From positions 79,732,001 through 79,796,000 of the forward strand of contig JAGIQG010000003.1 of assembly GCA_024679065.1 (NCBI GenBank): a stretch of 64,000 nt of DNA, given 5' to 3'. The DNA is from Sphyrna mokarran. Lineage: Eukaryota. Made by a program: the position numbers and the translations under genes. Under the pieces are notes generated by a model, which made no database searches, was not told the DNA's origin, and saw only the letters and a list, made by a program, of their open reading frames with translations. Below, piece after piece: positions 61,715 to 64,000 of this stretch; the first letter of the stretch is position 1, and every line of letters starts with the position of its first letter.

Positions 61715-64000
61715 GGGTGTAATCTTACGAAAAAAGTTCTAAGGAGGTGACCTTACCAACTCATCATGTCAGTCAATCAACATACATACTGGTAAAATTC
61801 ATCGAAAGGCTAAAAATCGGACTTACACTGACCTCATTCTACTGGCCCCCTCCCAATCTCCCCCCCGCACCTTCAGTTGTTAATTTCAGTGTTATTAGCG
61901 AGTCCTGGAATTGTCTGGGCTTGTTTGTCCTTACTTGCTAACCAGTGGATGTCCTCACTGCAAGAATCACATATGGTCACCACCAAGGGACGTGCCGTGA
62001 TGGCTTCACTGGTTGAACTAGAGACCATTGAGGCCTCCAGGGTGATCATGGGCAGGAGCAGGCAGTATCCAACAGGCATCCTGGCAATGCGAGCTTGGCA
62101 CCATGGCACTGTCCAGTTGGATCAGTGGGATGGCAATTGGCTGGGGGAAATCAGGAATGGTGCCTGACCAAATCGGGAAATCAGAGATGGTGATCAGCTG
62201 GATGGGGGGATCGGAGCCATCAATCGGCTGGGAAATTGGTGGTGGTGATCAGCTGAGGGGGCTTTCAGCGGCAGCAATTGGCCAGGTGGGGAGGGATTGA
62301 GGGTGGTAGTCACCCAGGGAGTTGGAATTGAAGGCATTCATCAGTCGGAAAGATGGATGAGCAATATCCAGAGGGAGCGATTGGGGGAGGAGGGATTTTG
62401 GGAGAGGGGGTGTGCAAGGTGATGTCCAGGTATCCAGAGGGTGATAGGGATGGGGTTGATGTCTGGGGGTGATCAGGGGCAGGGAGGATATGTTGTCCAG
62501 GTGTGTTGGGGAGGGGGGAGAGTGACAGATTTCCCAGTGTACTGCATACACACTGTACATAGTGCTGCACTGGGAGAGCAGCAGCTCCGACAGACCCTAC
62601 CCAACTGTCTAACACCCCCGATGCCCGTGTACTTCTAGCCATCAGGCTTTCAATCCTTCCTGTCACCACAGGAGAAGAGGGTGGCACGGGGGTTAGCTCG
62701 ATGGCCCCACAGGGACCCGGGTTCAATTCCCAACTTGGGTCACTGCCTGTGTCGAGTTTGCCCATTCTCCTCATAACTGCGTGGGTTCACTCTGGATGCT
62801 CCAGTTTCCTCCCACAGTCCAAAGATGTGTGGGTTAGATGGATTGGCCATGATAATTTACCCCTCAGTGTCAAGGGGACTAGTTAGGGTAAATACATGAG
62901 ATTATGGGGATAGGTCCTGGGTGGGATTGTGATCAGTGCAAACTCAATGGGTTGAATGGTCTCGTCCTGTACTATGGGATCCTGTGATTCTATATCCCCT
63001 AATCTCTGGGAATGGGAAAAAGCGGAGGTGGGGGATCCCCAAGCTGCAAATCCTTCCTCCTTTTGAGGAAGAAGCCTTGATCTGGTGGAAGAGGACAAGG
63101 ATAACACCGTGAGCAACAGTTAGATCAGAGTGCCACCAGGGAGTGAACATCCACAAAACTTTCATTCTTATGACATATTTCAAGTGAATGGCATACTTCC
63201 CAGATATTTGACCCTCCCTTGCACTGAACTTTGTATTCATTGTTGTAGGAAGCAATCCCAATGCACTTGGCTCCTCTGACATTACCCACGTCCCCCCAGT
63301 GCTCCCACAGGGATACCCTATGACTGCTCGGAAGAAACCTCAGACAATGGCCCTGAAGAATCCCCCAAGGCCAGTTCAAGCCAATGAGCACAGGCTTTCA
63401 TCACACAAACCACTAGTGAGGATATTATCACCACTGAATCTCGGGTCACTAGCTGGTAAGCACAATACAGTTATTGATGTACATCAGGTAGAGGTGAAAA
63501 GGTCCGAGGTCTCAGGCATACGGAGGTCTGCCGAAGGCGAGAAATCATCTGGCCCAAGCCAGGTGCTGGGCCACTGGGATCACGTCTCCCTAAGCTGCTG
63601 GAGATGCAGAAGCAGAGCCAGGGAATACAGGAGAGACTGTCAGTAACACTGCAGCAACTGTGAGGTTGTTGGGATGAGTTCCATAGTCTTCAGGTGCAGG
63701 TATATTGCTGGCATTGGAACCCAGGTCAACACTGCAAAGATCATGTCTGTACTGGAAACCTGGCTCAGGAAAAGGTCGCTCAAGGTGGCAGGGTCCAAGG
63801 CCTGGCTGAGTCATGGCCAGCCATGGCCAAGACCTAACGGCTTTGAGAGCATGGCACACTCACAGAGGGCACTTACTGTGGGCCTTGGGAGCTTGGCACA
63901 GACTCAAAGGGGCGAATGCAGTTGGATCTCCAGGACTAACAGAGCCATTTGATGCTGGGGCTTCTGAAGCATAATCTAGCTGATCCGCCATCCCATGGAG
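61715..64000 (+). mobile_element. Second Harbinger-like element, left part with Myb/SANT-gene remnants; runs off the window
   Basis: Terminus gggtgtaatcttac; LQILPPFEEEAL at about 63045 parallels exon 2 at about 38830; further exon-like segment from about 63310. Confidence 0.65.
62680..62992 (+). mobile_element. HE1-type V-SINE nested in Harbinger
   Basis: Box B gggttcaattcc, V-domain, tail. Confidence 0.88.

Overview
Eukaryotic, repeat-dominated DNA, most likely from a shark or other cartilaginous fish (inferred from HE1-type V-SINEs, a DeuSINE, many CR1 LINEs and Penelope-like elements). One host gene is well supported: the 5' part of a CDHR3/CDHR4-type cadherin on the minus strand. Its five coding exons (20741-20792, 18909-18935, 10953-11149, 8505-8670, 8111-8196) have GT-AG boundaries and splice in frame into 176 codons: signal peptide, a 27-nt microexon, EC1 and the start of EC2. 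I found no further exon in 1-8110. The rest is nested transposon debris: decayed Ty3/Gypsy elements and solo LTRs, a 9.7-kb two-gene Harbinger with three young CR1 insertions and a matching MITE, three palindromic Penelope insertions with hammerhead-like cores and 11-14 bp TSDs, SINEs and minisatellites. The most unusual observations are a perfect 251-bp inverted duplication inside an old Gypsy, a V-SINE with a non-tRNA 5' extension, and RFX/forkhead motifs at the cadherin gene. No prokaryotic systems or CRISPR arrays. All calls are by eye; repeat boundaries are approximate unless TSDs are given.
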